Assembly (NCBI RefSeq): GCF_964204865.1
Contig: NC_135253.1
Coordinates: 8,308,001-8,372,000, forward strand
Reading direction: 5' to 3'
DNA: 64,000 bases
Source of the DNA: Styela clava
Taxonomy: Eukaryota
Program-made: the position numbers and the translations under genes
Notes under the pieces: model-generated
What the model was told of the DNA's origin: nothing
Database searches by the model: none
Seen by the model: the letters and a program-made list of their open reading frames with translations, nothing else
Shown: piece after piece, positions 29,260-42,858 of the stretch
Position numbering within the stretch: position 1 is the stretch's first letter
How the letters are laid out: every line of letters begins with the position of its first letter

Positions 29260-32200
29260 TCATTTTAGATCTTCAGCATATTTATCCCATAATTTATTAA
29301 ATCCTGGATATTTTTTACCACTTTGTTCCATCTTTTCATCCACTCTCTCGCTTTGTGATTTTGTTAATAAATTTTTCCAATCACCGATGACACCTTTACG
29401 GAAGAAAGGTAATTCAGCCGGCCTTTGGGTATGCTTAAAAATGAGAGCATGCGGTTGAGTTTACACAAAGTTGACTAGCATGTGCCTTTTAATATATAGG
29501 TAAAATATGGATAAGGTATGCAGGGGTTGTTGGTATCTTTGCACCAATTCTCAATATTATCGACAATAGGTATCTCGCATGTTTGGGTAATACATGTTTT
29601 GAATTAATGTAACACAACACACTGAACATATTTGTCTAGTAGTGAGGTTTGCATACATTACATAGGGTTTACATACATATGCAAAGACCTATTTTCTTCG
29701 GTGTTGCTGTAACGATGTATATAGTATACAATAATGATGAAGTTATAGATTTCATGTTAAACTTACGTAATTAATGTATGTTTCAAATTAATGTTGCTAA
29801 GATCACACTGAACATATTTATCTAGTAGTAGGGTTTAAATAGGTTATGCAAAGATCGATTTCCTTCGATGTTGCTGTAAGAATATAAGGTATATATATAT
29901 TATGGAATAGATTTTTATGATAAGCTTACGTAATTTCTCTGTGACATATTCTTGAAACTGGTGAAGTTCACAATCGCATCCAAAAGTTCATTTCCATTTT
30001 TCGTAACCTTTTCGGCCCATTCGTCTCCCAGAAACTGCGCAATTTTCAGAAATTCCCTTTAAAAAAATCGTCCGTTGGCATCTTGTGAACTTAATAATAG
30101 TAAAGAGTTCTCCAAGTCACGAAGATACTACGTACATATGCCCCTGAGGGTGTAAATGTTTCTGTGATTGGATAGGATTTTTATTCTGAACGTGTCCAAA
30201 TTATGTGGTGAATTACGGCCTCACACCCAGTTAAACCATTCAATTGTGAGGTGTTCAGCAACACTCAAGCAAATATTTATATATTATTGTAACTATGGAC
30301 TTATATTAAGGGACCTTCAATTCTCAACTAGTGAATTAAAAAAAACGTTGATTTGAATGAAGTCGTATATATATATTTCCATGATATTGCACGCCTCATG
30401 AAAAATATATATATAATGCCATTTCAATTTGCCTATCCGTAATTGTACGCAGAAACTCGGCCCGCCGATTACATGTTAAGTTGATTTCAGCCTCCAAAAT
30501 ATAAAAATGTTTGCCGACCCCAACTATTGTGGCCCGACCAAGTGAGACAACAGTTTCAGAGACTCATTTATGCCCTAGAATGAGAACCCACGCACGATGC
30601 TTTAAACGTTAACGCACCGGTTCGTATTAATTCTGTCTTAGCTCGTTTTCGTGTATGTTGAGAGAGTCGCTAAAGACCATAAAAGTTATAAGTATCATTT
30701 AGAATATAGAGTAATGCTACTATATAGTGTTCGGAGGAGGTGACCGTACATTTGAACCCACGTACATTTGAACCCATGTGTATATCCACGGGTTCAATCT
30801 ATATGCGGGTGCTAAAACCCATGGGTTAGGGTTAGTATGAGTTCAACTATCCGAAAAACAAAAAAAATTCCATAGATGCAATAGCATACAGGTGCAATTG
30901 TCATGGGTTCAAATGTACGTGGGTTCAAATGTAATGGAACCTTCGGAGGGACATGTAGTATATATGCTATACGGTACACGACAACGAACTAAACTTTACA
31001 ACGTACCCATGAGGATCGTACTTCAGATCTTCGTATAAGACGTACAAAACATTTGACTTCTCGTTGCTCATGGCCCACCACCTTGTTGCAAAATCAAAAA
31101 AGTCTCCAAAATCAACTTTCCCAATGATCAGTAGTTCAAAGAAATCATCGAATTTCCCATCCTCGTAGTGGTATAAATACGTAAATCCAATAGTGTGATA
31201 GAAGTACGAAGCAAAGCAATCTTTGGGGTTTCTAACTAAACGTGAAAATAAGAAATGTGCTAAAAGCAATATAAAACGTTATAGGGCAGGCTATATCTTA
31301 GATTTTATCTCAGATGAGTCCAATGAAAGATATATTCACCGTGTTGATGTTCTACGCTGATAGCTCATAATATTACGATATATTCATTTATTTTTTTTGC
31401 AATCGCATAGGCCTACTAGTACGTAAGAGACATTTTGACACCAGTGTTTTGAACCAATGCTTTCTCTCTATATAGGTATATGATATACCATACGACAGGG
31501 GCGTAGCCAGAAATGTTCAAAATTACTATCTATGATACAGAAAAATTTTATTTTTTTACATTTCAAAAGGAGGGGGGGGGGGGGGGTTCGACCCGCAAAA
31601 CCACCCCCCTGGCTACGAACAGTCACTGGTAAGCAATCTGCTGGTATATCGGTATCAGTACTGGTATATCAATTTGATTTTAACAATGTGGCACTGTGAA
31701 AACTTCTGGGGCTAAATCATAACAAGGAACACGTATACCAACATTTCAAATAATTTATATACAGTATATTGTAGTTAATTTAACTGGCTTTTATACCGAG
31801 TACGATGTCGCTGCAGCGTTATGCTTTAACTTAGACAGATCAAACAACAACAAATATTATTTTCTACAAGATTTATTTATAACGGTCACCAATCTTTATT
31901 TACAAGTTTGAATTATTAAAAAAACATTATGAAGTTTCATTTTACCAATGCTTATAATTTGGTAAATACGACATGTGCCTATATACATACCTACACATAT
32001 ATATTTTGATTGTGGATTCCATGGTGTCATATCGAACAAGAGATGTGTTTTTATCATTCGTGGGGGGTCTTCTACATTTTCAACGGCATCTATACCATCT
32101 AATTCAAGGTGGGGAAACATGATGTCCAACTTCTCATTTTTTGCTAAGGGTCGTCCATATTTCATTCCCAATAGTGCAGTCTGGACCCATGTTGTCCCAC

Positions 32201-32363
32201 ATTTAGGATATGTACAAAGAAAAATATCTCCAGCCCGAGCTTGGTAGGATATTGCAGCGTCAAAACTTTTTTGCGTTGTTACTGATGGAATAGCGTACAT
32301 ACCATCTACAGATGAGTGAGACACATATGTGTAAACTGGCATACTGCATGCACGACGCTCCAT
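29260..32363 (-). CDS. Cytosolic sulfotransferase (Sulfotransfer_1), array copy 1, 4 coding exons
   Basis: Exons 32363-31991, 31235-31007, 30056-29930 and ~29433-29260. 5'-PSB TYPKCGTTW, catalytic KTH, 3'-PB RNPKDCFAS, YEDLK, C-terminal RKGVIGDWK. Confidence 0.9.
30739..30941. mobile_element. MITE with ~45-bp TIRs and 9-bp TSD (Mutator- or Merlin-like)
   Basis: TIR contains TACATTTGAACCCA twice at each end. Flanks ttcggagga/ttcggaggg. The paralogous introns at ~40572 and ~50906 have the empty site tttggaggg. Confidence 0.8.
31496..31619. mobile_element. Small hAT-like MITE
   Basis: CAGGGGCGTAGCCAG ... CTGGCTACG inverted ends. Absent from the paralogous intron in copy 4 (ccatacgatcagtcact at ~59291). 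Confidence 0.6.
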
Positions 32364-32788
32364 TGCGTAATTTATTCAGGTTTGTCTAGTAATGCAAACA
32401 GAATAAGCCTGGGCTCCATAAAAATATACAAAAACCTACAGTCATAATAAGGTCGCTATGCGTAAATCTGATCATTATGTTGGACTGCGTGGCGTTACGA
32501 ACCTTTTAAGAAGTAAGCACAATGAATTTACTATTTCCATATTCATTCTTTTACAATATGTTTCTTATCGTATAGAGCAGGGGGTCACCAAACTACGACC
32601 CGCGGGCCAGATCCGTCCCAGGGCGTTCTTTCATCTGGCCCGCAACAACACGAAAAATTGGCGAATTTTCTCCAAGGGATGATTCCCCGAGCATCGACTT
32701 CCTTATTCATTTCGTGACATTGGCTAATTATCAAGATACGAAAAGTGACGTAAGTATAGACCCTTCCGCATCCGCTCAGACACTTTCG

Positions 32789-32919
32789 GGACCTCCTGAA
32801 GTATGTGCACCAAGATGGCGCACAGCCTGAACTCACGTTGTGTACCAGGTTAGGGTTCAGGTTATGCGACATACCTCCATACGCACCATACATCTTGGGC
32901 CGCATAATTCAGGAGTACC
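32789..32919. mobile_element. Merlin-like MITE, short subfamily
   Basis: Same family as 25973-26082; flanks cactttcg/cacttttg. Confidence 0.7.
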
Positions 32920-33738
32920 CACTTTTGTCACTTGAACAAATTTTTAGTCCGGGTTTCCATTAAATACCACGTATTCATTAATTTTTGGTCGTGTTTCCGA
33001 AATTGAATCATACGAGCCAATTATCATTTTGTCTTCTTAGAAGTTGTAGTAGTTTAATTGCAGTAATCAAGAATTGTCTAAAAATAGTTGTGATAAAACA
33101 GGCTAAAATTCTCTACCGGTACGCAACGTTTTCTGCGAAGAATGCACTCGTACACTCGTGGCGCGTGCTTTCGACGAAACTGCTGCTATGTACGTTTCTC
33201 GTGCTAAGATGAACGTCGAACCTGCAGTAGTACACATTAACTTTTGTACTGCTCACATGCGGCGGATATTCATTATTGCAATGGCGCAGCCCCCGGAGGT
33301 AGTTTTGCGGGTCGAACTCCCCCCCATTCTGAAATGTAAAAAAAAATAAAATCATTTTTCTGTACCATAGATAGCAATTTTCCGTATCTCGAAATGCTTT
33401 TTAGAACCCCAAGACTACTAAAAACACGCGTATTCCAGCGTTCGGTCGGACCCGCTAGCTGTTTCGATCTAACTTTGCAAAAAACATATGCAACATATTT
33501 CCTAGTCAAGTTGATATTTTCCAGTTTGTAAAACACAACTGCACACAATAGCAAATAACTTCAAAAGTTGGGCACGCTCCTGCTTGGTAGTTGAGCTAAT
33601 TCAGTGATTCTCAACTTTTTACCGACTGCGTACCACTTTTTTGGTTTTTACTCTGGTCGCGTACCACCGACAAAAAATGGTAGAAGAAACCCGCTATTGG
33701 AGTATTTTATGTGCGCTACATCTGTTTATTGACCTTCG

Positions 33739-33938
33739 GGCGCTCCCGTAGTATGTGAACCAAGATGGCCATCATTTTATTCCAATTTTCCTTATTTTAG
33801 TTTAGTTCTATTACGAGTTCGGGGACTTGCCAAGTGACTCCTGTAGTATATGTACCGGTACCTGAAATTATGGCCTAACCTGTTACACATACTACGTTCT
33901 GGTGTCCGCCATCTTGGTTCACATACTACGGGAGTACC
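33739..33938. mobile_element. Merlin-like MITE, long subfamily
   Basis: TIR GG..CTCCCGTAGTATGTGAACCAAGATGGC; flanks gaccttcg/gactttcg. Confidence 0.75.
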
Positions 33939-36555
33939 GACTTTCGTGCAAGTTTCAACGTATTAATTGAGTGCGAATTCGTGAGAGAATTTACGTGGTT
34001 TACAGTTAAAGAGCTCATAGGCTTTAACCATCGCTACCACTAAATTATCGTAGAACTCGGACGAATATACTTTCATCAAATCACCAAATTAATTAGCCTC
34101 AATACTTAAAATTATGCCGATCAGTCAACACACACAATCAGTTAGCAATGGTAAGTAACATCCATATATATGATGTATCAATGCGCTATCAAAGTATCTC
34201 GACACTCCCGCCGAACGATACCTTTGTTGCATATTTGTCAATGCATATGCATTGTGGAGGTAACACGTAAACCGGGTGAAAACATTCTCGTCTTTCTTAG
34301 TTTTAGGTGGGCAGTCGCGGGCGAAGGCAAACTTGAAAGACAAGGACTGGACCGGTAGCGCAATAAACCCGTTCAGCAAATACATACAGTATGGAAGATA
34401 AAGAAAAAGCGTATCTGGCATATTTTAGTCAACTCAAAAGTTAATTGTCGCAGCGTTTCAAAGTTGCTCGCGTACCTGAGCTAATTCAACAGCTTCAAAC
34501 CGTCACCGTTCATTAATATAAATTCTCTCTATAATCTCATTTGAAACACGAAAGAAATAATTGTAACGTCAACCTGACTGCTTGTGGCACTACTCATACA
34601 ATTTCATACATCGCTTTATGCTGGCAGGTACCCGTTTGATCTTCTCATCGTCGATCCTTCCACGCTTATTGAGACCATGCCTCAACACGACATGGAATAT
34701 GACGCAGCCTCAGCATTTTTTTCCTGGTAACTTCAGAAATATTTTGATCGATCAACTGGCTATGAGCACCCAATAAAAGCTTTTGCAAACATTCGTGGAA
34801 AATTTCTAAGCTTAATTAAAAAAGCATTGCACGGAATTACTTCCTTGCCGAAGTTATCCGAGCTATACAAGCGCACAATTTTATCATCTCGGTTTGTTCG
34901 AAATAGTGTAAATGAAAAACGTACGAGATTGATACTGCGTGCAAATTCCAGAAAATCAATTTTTAAAAAACATGTAGGTTAAAAATGTTGTCATCGAAAA
35001 TTCTAATTGTGATAGCTTGTTACGTTTTCAGGTAATGTAATTTATGAGCATTGGCTTTGTCGTCTCCATGGATTGATGTCGAAGTTGCAACATACGACGA
35101 TATAGGTGGAGATTGGGGTTTACCATTTAGATTCACTGAATTCAATCTGGCATTGATTTATAGATTACAAAGTATTGAACAAATATATATTAGCTTTGTG
35201 AGTTTACAAGAAGTAAATTCTCACAAAGCTTTCTTCGACATACTTCGAAGCGTGTGAAATCGACGATGAAGTACAGAAATTCGTTTGCATTTTGGAGACA
35301 CCGCTCTGTCAGCCCAATCATCACCTATAAATTGTGTAATTCTTAGAAAGTCCATAGAAAATATATGAAAAAATAAATTTATTATCATAGTTTTACATAT
35401 ATGAATGTTGATTAAAACGCCAAGGCAGACTTTCAGGGTTTAGAAAGCTTTGTATCGTAAAGCAAATCGAAACAGAGCTCAGTTGAAAACACTAACTTTC
35501 GGTTAATTAGAGTCAAATCCCGCAACATGAGTTCCCTCTTAATCAGTTTGGCCAGAGTTTAAGCCAGTAGTCAACTAATAAATAACAAAATCACAATCTT
35601 CCAATTTGTACATAACATTGGTCCAAAGCAGGCTGGGAAATCGTTTTTGCAAATTCAAAATGCAGTGGCGCGCCGGACAAAGTAAAGTCAATATACATTG
35701 CACGTCTTTATGGTATTTTATTACACATTTAAATAAGAAAAAAAGCACATTACAAATGTTACTTTTAATGAAATAGTGTATTCTTTGCTGGGCTTCTACA
35801 AATCCTTGAATGTCAAGTTTAATGACAGACGTATTTACAATATTTGAAATACTGGGTATACTATAAAATACGGAGCTGACTAGCCTAACGATATCCCGCT
35901 ATGTTAGCACACCACTCGCAGAGCGACATTATTAACAGTTGGGGTTGCGTAAAACTAACTACCTTTCCTCGCTCTATGCCTTTGCGCAGGTGGAGACGTA
36001 TGCGTATAACGCAAGAATGATATAGCAAAAGTGGAAATGACTATTCTATTTAACTCAAGAATCTTGCTGCACACTTACACAATTGTATTGCTGTAATGTA
36101 ACGTTTCGTCTGACCGACGCCAAACTTCTTCGGACAAGCATTTTACAACTGGACAGCAGTCGTGCAGCAAAGTTCACCGTTCGATTACTCTATTGATCAG
36201 TAATCACGTGCAAAAACAAGCGTTGATCATTTAATAAAGTTGACTACAGATAGCAGCTGCCAGCTGGTAGTAAGTATGGTCTAAAAACATGGCTAATAAA
36301 ACACTGATTTTTATTACACTAATGAAGTTTACAGTTAAAAGTATATTTTTTATATAAATAGAAAAAAAAAAGTCTTAATCTAGAAATCTGCTCGCGGGCC
36401 GGCTGAACCGTTGCCCCGTATATTTTTGAAACGTATATTTTTTAAATAAATAGAAAAAAAATGTCTTAATCTAAAAATCTGCTCGCGGCCCGACTGAAAC
36501 GTTGCCCCGGACGATGCTGCACGCGGGCCGCAACTTGCCCAGGCCCGGTTCAGAG

Positions 36556-36690
36556 AATGACTCTATTACAACTGTTTCTAGTAAACTAGCATTTGGCATT
36601 GTACGAAATTTATTTGACGAGTTTACCAGTGGTAAGTTTCTTATTTAAAATGAAAAAAATACTTAGACATTGTCATTTGCAGTCAATGTA
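36556..36690 (+). pseudogene. Duplicated fragment of the SHPK penultimate exon and following intron
   Basis: GACTCTATTACAACTGTTTCTAGTAAACTAGCATTTGGCATTGTACGAAATTTATTTGAC...AGTGGTAAGT aligns to 27268-27383. Confidence 0.85.
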
Positions 36691-37000
36691 GAAGTCCAAT
36701 GAAGAAGTAATGGAAATAGCCGGGTACAAAAGATTCATAATAAAAACGATCAGAAAAAGACAGCTACAATTTTTCGGGCACATGAAGATAGCAAATGAGC
36801 TAGAAAAACAAATGCTGTGCGGACAGATTTGTGGTACCAGAAGCAGATGAAGACAAGCGCAAAATAAATCAACAGTCTGAATAAGTACGCAACGAAGAAA
36901 GAATCTCCCAGCACTGAACTCATCAGGAGAACTGACAACAGGTTGAAATGAAAGTCAATGATCGCGATGTCTGCAACAGACCTGGCTCATGAAGAAGAAT
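36691..37000 (+). mobile_element. 5'-truncated RTE-clade LINE 3' end
   Basis: Translates to EVMEIAGYKRFIIKTIRKRQLQFFGHMKIANELEKQMLCGQICGTRSR*RQ (RTE C-terminal pattern) and ends in GAAGAAGAA. It interrupts the SHPK intron copy at caatgtag|tgtcattggg. Confidence 0.75.
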
Positions 37001-38719
37001 TAGTGTCATTGGGAGTTTGTTACTAATTTTACTATTCGGCTGTTAATATGGGTGCCCAAAATCCAAAAGTAATATTGTTGAAAATTGTTTTCAGAAACTC
37101 CAGAATCAGAAGATTCACATTGTACCACTACAGTTTGTATGAAAGCTCAAGATTCAATTCCCTATTTAATACGAAAATAAAATGGTAATATTGTCAGCTT
37201 AAAATTGGGACAGTTAATTTACAAACGGTGGGTAGAAAGATCAAAGCCGGCGAAAAATATAAAAAACGGAATAAAATCCCGAAATCACTCATTATTAGCA
37301 GTCCTCGATAATAATATTCTTTGCAATCTCGCCAGTAATCTGGCGGAACGCGTAGTAGTCCAAACACTGATGCAATGAAACTCAATAAAACCTTCATTAA
37401 ATTTAGTAAATTGCACTTCTTCACGAAAGCGTGGTGGGATTGACGATTATTTCATCTCGAACACAAAAACAGTTACTTTTTCGTATAATTTCTGCGGTCG
37501 AATAAGCGTTTTGACATAGTAAATGCTGTGGTCATTGCCATCAATATATGCTCGGCCCTTGCACGAAATTCACAACGTGAAAAGATGCGTCCAGTGGTTT
37601 ATAACAACTTTAAACCAATTTAGTATTTTTTAGCGATAGTAATTAATTGTTGTAATAAAATACAGTTTTGTTTGCCTTTTTCATTTCTATCGCAAGTGTC
37701 GACAACACTACTGATTGATTTTGGCAATGGTAAAACGAATCAGGTTGTGCAAAAGTGCGAATACATAAGGGCGTAACGTGAAAAAAGAAAGGGCGAGCAA
37801 AACCGACGCGCGTGATCGGTGGTGCGTTTGAAGACCGCGTGCGGACACGCATTTTTTACAATAATGCGAGGTGCTCCGAATGCGCTCCCGTCTATGACTC
37901 CACATTATTGTTAAGAAAACAGTTTTAATATCGGTAACTATTACGTATTTGTTCGCGCTCGACTATCGCAATTTTCGGAAATGATAATAATGTTAAGCGG
38001 AAACAACATGTGTTTAAATATAGACGAAATTATTAAGCCCCCCTCGCCTGCTTTAAGATTGTGTCTCTCTCATAGAGTTAGGAGTATGTCTCCCTCACAT
38101 TCATCCACAAATTGCAGCAGTAGTAAAGAAGCACCAGGCATAACAGTCCTAATGACATCCACTATATTATTCTATACATGTTAATATATTTAGGGTGTGT
38201 TGTATTTACATGAATAAAATTCCCTTTATCTGATCTTCTTTGTATATTACAGCAGAATGGCTTTATGGATAGAAAATTTTCATGATTTGTGATAGTTGTG
38301 CCGCGAATATTTAAAGTGCTCAATAGTGTGTCGCGATATAAAAAAGGTTGGGAACCACTGCCATATGCAATGAAACTGAAGCAAACAAAACATGAGGAGT
38401 ATGCAGATGATGTGGCTTAATTCAATGGCAATTTCAATGTGATTGGAAAGGCGTTTTATTGTCTTTATAAAGTCAGTCTGGAGAACTTACTTCATTTTAT
38501 TTTATTCATTAAATAATCGATTGATTTATTCATTCACAATGACCTCAACGGAACTAAATTCGGTTTTACATTCACTATCTTCTTCCAAAAACCTCGTATC
38601 ATATTCAAATTTTCATTTATTTCTTAATAAATTAAAGTACTGTATTACTTTCTCTTTCTATCATAGACAAGAATTTTGTATTAGGAATCTTTTAGCTGTT
38701 TGATACATTGAGAAGCTGC

Positions 38720-41700
38720 TCATTTTAGGTCTTCAGCATATTTATCCCATAATTTATTAAATCCTGGATATTTTTTACCACTTTGTTCCATCTTTTCATC
38801 CACTCTCTCGCTCTGTGATTTTGTTAATAAATTTTTCCAATCACCTATGACACCTTTACGCAAGAAAGGTAATTCAGCCGGCCTTGGGGCATGCTTAAAA
38901 ATAAAAGCATGCTGATAAGTTTCATACAAAGTTGATTAATCAACATGTGATTTTTTAGATTTTTTAATACAGAAGCAAAAAGCCGATATGCGCTCTCGAT
39001 AAGCAGGGGTGATTGTTGTCGTTACACCAACTCTCAATATTATCATTAATAGGTATCTCGTATGTTTGCTTAATGAATGTTTTCTTTAGGGCATACCACA
39101 CTGAACATATTTATCTAGTAGTAGGGTTTACATAGGATTGGCAAAGACCGATTTTCTTCGGTGTTGCTGTGAGAATATACCGTATATATTATGCAGTAAT
39201 AATGAAAATATAGATCTTTATGATAAGCTTACGTAATCTCTCTGTGACATATTCTTGAAACTGGTGAAATTGACCACTGCATCCAAAAGTTCATTTCCAT
39301 TTTTCGTGACCTTATCAGCCCATTCGTCTCCCAGAAACTGCGCAATTCTTAAAAATTCCCTTCGAAAAAAAAAATCGTTCGTTGTCATCTTCTAAAATTA
39401 ATAATAGTAAAGGCGAGTTTGCCGAGGCAAGAAGAGATAAAATACATTCGATTAGGTTATATAGACCCCCGAGGGTGGAAATGTTCCTGTGATCGGATGG
39501 GATTTCAATTCCGGTAGTGTCTCAATCATATAGTGAACCACGGCTAGGGATGTAAATTTCAGTATTTCGAATCGAAGCGATTTGAATCAACATCAATTCG
39601 AATCGATTCGAAGCAATTTGAGAAAAAACGGCTTGATTATATTTAAATAAAAAAATATTAAATTAGATAACACGAGGCGGATTGCACGACGCAGCAGCGT
39701 TGTCTTTTCATCGAACAAAAACGTTCATTTTCCCCACGCTTACAGTGTTCCCAAGTCGTAACACACCGGGGTTTGTTATATTTGATATGGGTCACCGCCT
39801 CAGAGGAACCAATGGTTTCGTTAAATTGTTTTTAGACTATTCAAAATGTTAAAAAGTTTTACAAATTTGCTATTATATGAACATGTCTTCAATTTACTTA
39901 AGTTAAATAATGTCATTATAACAACAATATTCCTCATTAAAAGATAGGTCTGCAATGCTTCCCTCGTTATCATTTTCTTTCTTCAAAACCACGGCACAAG
40001 TGGTTCTATCGCATATTTCACCGACGTTTATCATTTGGATGAATTTTAGAAGAAACCATCACTATACATCCGGTATTGTTTGCGAACATAAATTAATGTA
40101 TTAAGTAAATATAACTGAGTGTAACTCTATATAGCAATAATACATATTCGATTCGAAAATAAAATATTCGAAATTTACATCTCTAACCACGGCCTTTCGT
40201 CCGGTCAAGTTAAACAATTCAATTGTTTCAATTTCCAGGATATTACACACTTTATAAATATATATACTGCCATTTCATTTTGCCTATCCGTAATTGTACG
40301 CAGAAATTCTGCACGGCCCGCCGATTGCATGATAAATTGATTTCAGACTTCGACACGTATGAGCGATTGCCGACTCTGGGCAAGTGTGACACAACATTTT
40401 TTAGAGACTCATTTATCGAGGAATGCGATTACACACACGATGCTTCAAACGTTGAGTTGACGCACTGGTTCTTGTTAATTATGTTAGTCCGTGTTGTGTC
40501 TATTTATTTGCCCCGGTTTTGAAGTCATATATATGTATCGATTGGAATATAAAGTAACGCTATTATATAGTGTTTGGAGGGACATATCGCATGCTATATA
40601 CATATACAGTATGCACAGAAAGCAACGTACTGATCTCTACAACATACCCATGAGGATCGTACTTCAGATCTTCGTATAATACGTACAAAACATTTGACTT
40701 TTCTTTACTCATGACCCACCACTTTGTTGAAAAATCAAAAAAATCCCCGGAATCAACATTCCCACTGATCAGTAGTTCAAAGAAATCATCAAATTTCCCA
40801 TCCTCGTAGTGGTATAAGTGGGTAAACCCGACAGTGTGATAGAAGAATGAAACGAAGCAATCTTTGGGGTTTCGAGCTAAACGCAGAAAATAAAAAATGT
40901 GTTGAAATTAAACTGAAACATAATATAACTCAGATAAAACCCCATTTCCCTTGCGCGTTGCACTGATTTCATTGTTCAACACGACGAGCAATGACTATGA
41001 TGTATTCATCGTCTCTGTTTTCTAAGTTGATACTTCCCAGCATCGAGGTGCATGAAAATTGGTCTTTTGTACAAAGCCCCCGCCATCAATGCAAACATAT
41101 GGGAGATTTGAGAAAAACACCATACCTAACCCTAACTGTTTTATTGATAACTTTCTTAATAATTATCGATCTCGACCAGTAAGTATGTTGATAGGTATTT
41201 GTCTGTTTGACACTTTCGTTTGTTACGCGATATCTTACGAAAGCGGGGTTGAAACTGCTCCAAATTTTGCATGTGCATTCATCATATCTCGGACCAGACA
41301 CCTATTGAATGAATTATATCTCGGACCAGACACCTTTTGAATGAATTATGTCGTATTAGCGAGTTATCAATTGATTAGTGATGGCAAATGCGGTGTCGCT
41401 ATTGTGTCAGAACAAAAGAATCGAAATTGCAGTTTCTGTTTTGGGGATCCCCTAACTTTCGGCGCTGCGAACGATTATGTGCGTAACAATGCCCTGTCTG
41501 CGATGTGGAGCATTTATTGAACATGCGGAAAATCGACAAGTCGGCGGTCCCCGATCGCTATCTAGTTTTGAGCGTTGGCGGGGATGTTTTTTGACAGGGG
41601 GTTGTACCAAAGATACTATCAAATAGATAGGTAACTCTCTGGCACTGAAAAAGTCAAAATAGTCGCTTCTGGGAGTTTTTTTTATAAAATTGCGTACTAG

Positions 41701-42858
41701 TATAGCAATCAAAGTCCAGAGCAGGCTATATGTAGCCATATAAAAGAGATCAGAGACGATTGTCACAATATTTTTATATTACATGAACCATATACACTAG
41801 CTGGACGTTGTACGTCGTTAGTTGCCAAGTGGATAGTACAACAGCGAGAATTACTCGATAATAAAACGATAATTATGTCTCTTCCAGGATTTTAACATTA
41901 TGAGAATTTTTTAAGAATTGTATGGTTTTGATCAATAAATCTATATCCCAGGGATATGAACAGTGCTATCGATTCCGTTATCTTTATTAATTTAAGTTTA
42001 GAAAACTAATTATCATCTGGATTCCATCGATCGAATTGTTTTTTAGTTACCATCTGTTGTCTAATTAAAATGGGAATTTTATGAATGTAATTTTAAAATT
42101 TGGAGAATTCCGCATAATTCTGAGATTTCAAAAATAATCGTTCAAATTAATAATCGTTACCTATACTAGTACGGTAAAAGGGAATTTTGACACCAACGTT
42201 TTAAGAAACTCCTATACAGTACAGTATATGCTATATATATACGAACGGCCACTCGTAAGCAAGAAGCTACAGTATTTTGGGATGAACTGGTGTATTAAGT
42301 TTCGCAATTTGACATATTTGTTTTCATAATTGATCCTGACTAGAGAAGTATAATATAAAAGTAATAACAAATCGTCATTTAAAAATTTGAATTGTAAAAA
42401 ATATGGAGTTTTATTTTCCATACAAACATTGCTTTCAAGTATAACATCAGCTGAATTCAGAACTACTACTTGTGCCTTTACTTACCTACACATATATATT
42501 TTGATTGTGGATTCCATGGTGTCATATCAAACAAAAGATGTGTTTTTATCATTCGTGGGAGGTCTTCCACATTTTCAACGGCATCTATACCATTAAATTC
42601 AAGGTGGGGAAACATGATGTTCAGCTTTTCATTTTTTGCTAAGGGTCGTCCATATTTCATTCCCAGGAGTGCATTCTGAACCCATGTTGTTCCACATTTT
42701 GGATATGTACAAAGAAAAATATCTCCAGGCCTAGCTTGGTAGGATATTGCAGCGTCGAAACCTTCTTGCGTTGTTACTGATGGAATAGCGTACAGTCCGT
42801 CCACAGAGGCGTGAGACACATATGTGTAAACTGGCATACTGCGAACACGACGCTCCAT
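38720..42858 (-). CDS. Cytosolic sulfotransferase, array copy 2
   Basis: Same 4-exon structure and PAPS-binding motifs as copy 1; no stop or frameshift seen in the exons. Confidence 0.9.
39545..40185. mobile_element. hAT (TAGGG-ended) MITE in SULT intron 2
   Basis: TIR TAGGGATGTAAATTTC / GAAATTTACATCTCTA, perfect 8-bp TSD accacggc, TTCGA subterminal repeats. Absent in copies 1 and 4. Confidence 0.85.
41161..41565 (+). mobile_element. DINE-1/HINE-like element (variant 3' end)
   Basis: Same core as 26099-26398; ends with GCGGTCCCCGATCGC hairpin plus CTAGTT. Duplicate at ~51490-51835. Confidence 0.6.

Larger units (their letters stand above)
32578..36546. mobile_element. Possible decayed hAT element(s) with nested insertions
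   Basis: hAT-type left end CAGGGGGTCACCAAACTACGACCCGCGGGCC at 32578 (absent at the paralogous position ~60298) and right-end-like GCGGGCCGCAACTTGCCCAGGCCCG at 36546. FIHRFMLA at ~34603 resembles the hAT HCxxHRxxLA motif. TSD is poor (gtatagag/gttcagag). Confidence 0.35.

Noticed and set aside
30820-30836. TTAGGG telomere-like repeats
   Set aside because: Only about two units, inside a MITE. Not an interstitial telomere.
38443-38703. 86-aa ORF identical at 48795-49055
   Set aside because: The identity comes from the recent duplication. It has a non-ATG start, lies in sequence derived from the SHPK/SULT 3' UTR region, and is not conserved in units 1 and 4.
39149-39166. 18-nt micro-exon (QHRRKS) in SULT intron 3
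   Set aside because: AG/GT flanks are present in copies 2 and 3, but the paralogous segments in copies 1 and 4 lose the acceptor or donor or contain TAG, and the donor GTCTTT is weak.
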